Assembly (NCBI GenBank): GCA_963575745.1
Contig: CAUYUJ010000002.1
Coordinates: 1,798,001-1,862,000, forward strand
From: Prorocentrum cordatum
Taxonomy: Eukaryota
Reading direction: 5' to 3'
DNA length: 64,000 nucleotides
Shown here: piece by piece, positions 63,431 through 64,000 of the stretch
Layout: each line of letters opens with the position of its first letter
How positions within the stretch are numbered: the first letter of the stretch is position 1
Program-made: the position numbers and the translations under genes
Notes under the pieces: generated by a model
Told to the model about the DNA's origin: nothing
The model's input: only the letters and a program-made list of their open reading frames with translations
Databases searched by the model: none

Positions 63431-63820
63431 TTAGGGATAGGGTCGGGTCGGCCTATTCCCTCGCCTCTCCGAAGCCCGCTCCCTCCTCTTCCTCCTCCTC
63501 TTCCTCCTCCCCCTCCTCCTTCTCCCCTTCCTCGTCCTTCTCCTCCTCCTCCGTTTCCTCCTCCTCCTTCTCCTGCCTCCTCCTCCTCCTCCTTCTCCCC
63601 CTCCTCGTCCTCCTCCTGATCCTTTTCCTCCTCCTTCCTCCTCCTCCTCGTCCCCCTCTTTTTCCTGCTCCCCCTCCTCCTCTTCGATCACTTATCCTCA
63701 TACATAATTTATCCCTGTCGCACCTCGGGGCAGGTTTTTGGGGCGGGCTGGGCGCTTCTCCTGAGAATTCTTCACCGCTTATGATTCTAAAGTTTAAAAA
63801 AGTGATCAGTTTCATGGAGT

Positions 63821-64000
63821 GAGGGCGGGTCGTTTTCAACATGTGGTTCTTGTCTTAGCGCCGCGCGCACTCGTTGTCATTATTTGCAAGTTTTTCACGG
63901 ATTGCGGGCGGGCCGTTTTTTTTTTATGTGGTCTACGCCTTAGCGCCGCGCACATTCATTGTCAAACTTTGCAGCACGGATTGAGGGCGGGCCGTTTTCA
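63821..64000. repeat. ~80-bp tandem repeat running off the window end
   Basis: gggcggg.cgtttt...atgtggt...cttagcgccgcgc.ca.tc.ttgtca recurs at ~63821, ~63905 and ~63983. Confidence 0.7.

Overview
This is GC-rich, repeat-dense eukaryotic nuclear DNA, almost certainly from a dinoflagellate: it carries near-perfect copies of the 22-nt dinoflagellate spliced leader (DinoSL, DCCGTAGCCATTTTGGCTCAAG) and GA-AG/GC-AG introns. The species cannot be determined from the sequence alone. Host genes are three small, widely spaced exons of the F1 ATP synthase alpha subunit (4188-4287, 8136-8189, 20249-~20289) and two exons of a coiled-coil protein split by a 124-bp introner-like intron (59612-60221). Most of the rest is seven decayed APE-endonuclease/RT non-LTR retrotransposon copies from about three families, several MITE/foldback families, a 102-bp minisatellite and microsatellites. 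Main observations: (1) three retrotransposons start exactly at a DinoSL or at tandem SL relics, one with a candidate target-site duplication, suggesting that trans-splicing defines and regenerates their 5' end; (2) two highly diverged retrotransposons share an unrecognised ~220-260 aa ORF nested in the +1 frame immediately after the RT zinc fingers; (3) several elements are flanked by (CCT)n tracts; (4) an intron with terminal inverted repeats looks like an introner. All alignments were done by eye, and element 3' boundaries are approximate.
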